A stretch of 64,000 nucleotides of DNA from Lama glama (Eukaryota). Location: NCBI GenBank assembly GCA_028534125.1, contig CM052817.1, positions 87,484,001-87,548,000 of the forward strand. Reading direction: 5' to 3'. Positions 63,561 to 64,000 of the stretch are shown here, in pieces; position 1 is the stretch's first letter, and every line of letters begins with the position of its first letter. The translations under genes were made by a program, and so were the position numbers. The notes under the pieces are model-generated. The model was not told the origin of the DNA and did not search any database. It saw only the letters and a list, made by a program, of their open reading frames with translations.

Positions 63561-64000
63561 TTTGAGAGAGATCACTGATTATTTGTACATAGAGAGATCA
63601 TTAATGCCAAGTGATCATTGGTTTAAGAAATACATAAACTGTCAGGGTATTTAAAAAGTAAGTGACTTAGTCTCTCTAATATGGGCACACAAAAATACCT
63701 CTAACTGCATCATCAGGAATTCCTTTAGCAGGAATTTTTGATACAGACCTGGAAAACTTATGAATGAAGAGAAAGTAAGATAAAAAAACATGTCAAGGTA
63801 GCACAACGCTGTTGTAATAGCTCTTCCTTAACATATTTATGTGTAGCTGACTCAACTTGTCTTCTCCCAGCCCTGTGGAGGCTTAGGTGTCGGGCCTTGT
63901 CTATTCTAGTCAATGACTCTCTATTTACAAGTCTAACACAATTTTTATTGGCACAGTTCATTGATCTCCTTACACAGAGTAGGAGTCAGGCTAACCATAA

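Noticed and set aside
63565..63620. Three imperfect 'gagatca' repeats after MLT2
   Set aside because: Short, degenerate and adjacent to a microsatellite. Not a regularly spaced array.
1..64000. CRISPR array, operon or other novel multi-gene system
   Set aside because: Mammalian non-coding DNA with no repeat-spacer array, no long ORFs and no recognisable protein families other than TE remnants.

Overview
AT-rich, CpG-depleted mammalian DNA with no recognisable protein-coding gene, functional RNA gene or CpG island. A large fraction is fossil transposable elements: L1/HAL1, L2, L3/CR1, MIR, ERV1/ERVL/MaLR solo LTRs, and hAT and Tigger DNA transposons. The window most likely comes from a camelid (camel/alpaca/llama). 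It has a tRNA-Ala-derived vic-1-type SINE and cetartiodactyl-type L1 3' ends, and I saw no BovB/Bov-A/CHR/PRE-1 elements. The supplied ORFs are chance ORFs or TE remnants. I found no evidence of a new multi-gene system. The strongest observations are: (1) a ~650 bp micro-inversion reconstructable from a split MLT2 LTR and its target-site duplication (TSD); (2) a probable RTE/L4-clade LINE endonuclease fossil with a nearly open ~150-codon frame; (3) a CpG-retaining, repeat-free block at 26.6-27.5 kb that looks like a conserved enhancer; (4) template-switch hairpins inside old LTRs; (5) a possible 5'-inverted L1 3' transduction. Repeat names come from recalled consensus sequences, not from a database search. 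Subfamily calls and most boundaries are approximate unless a TSD or terminus is cited.
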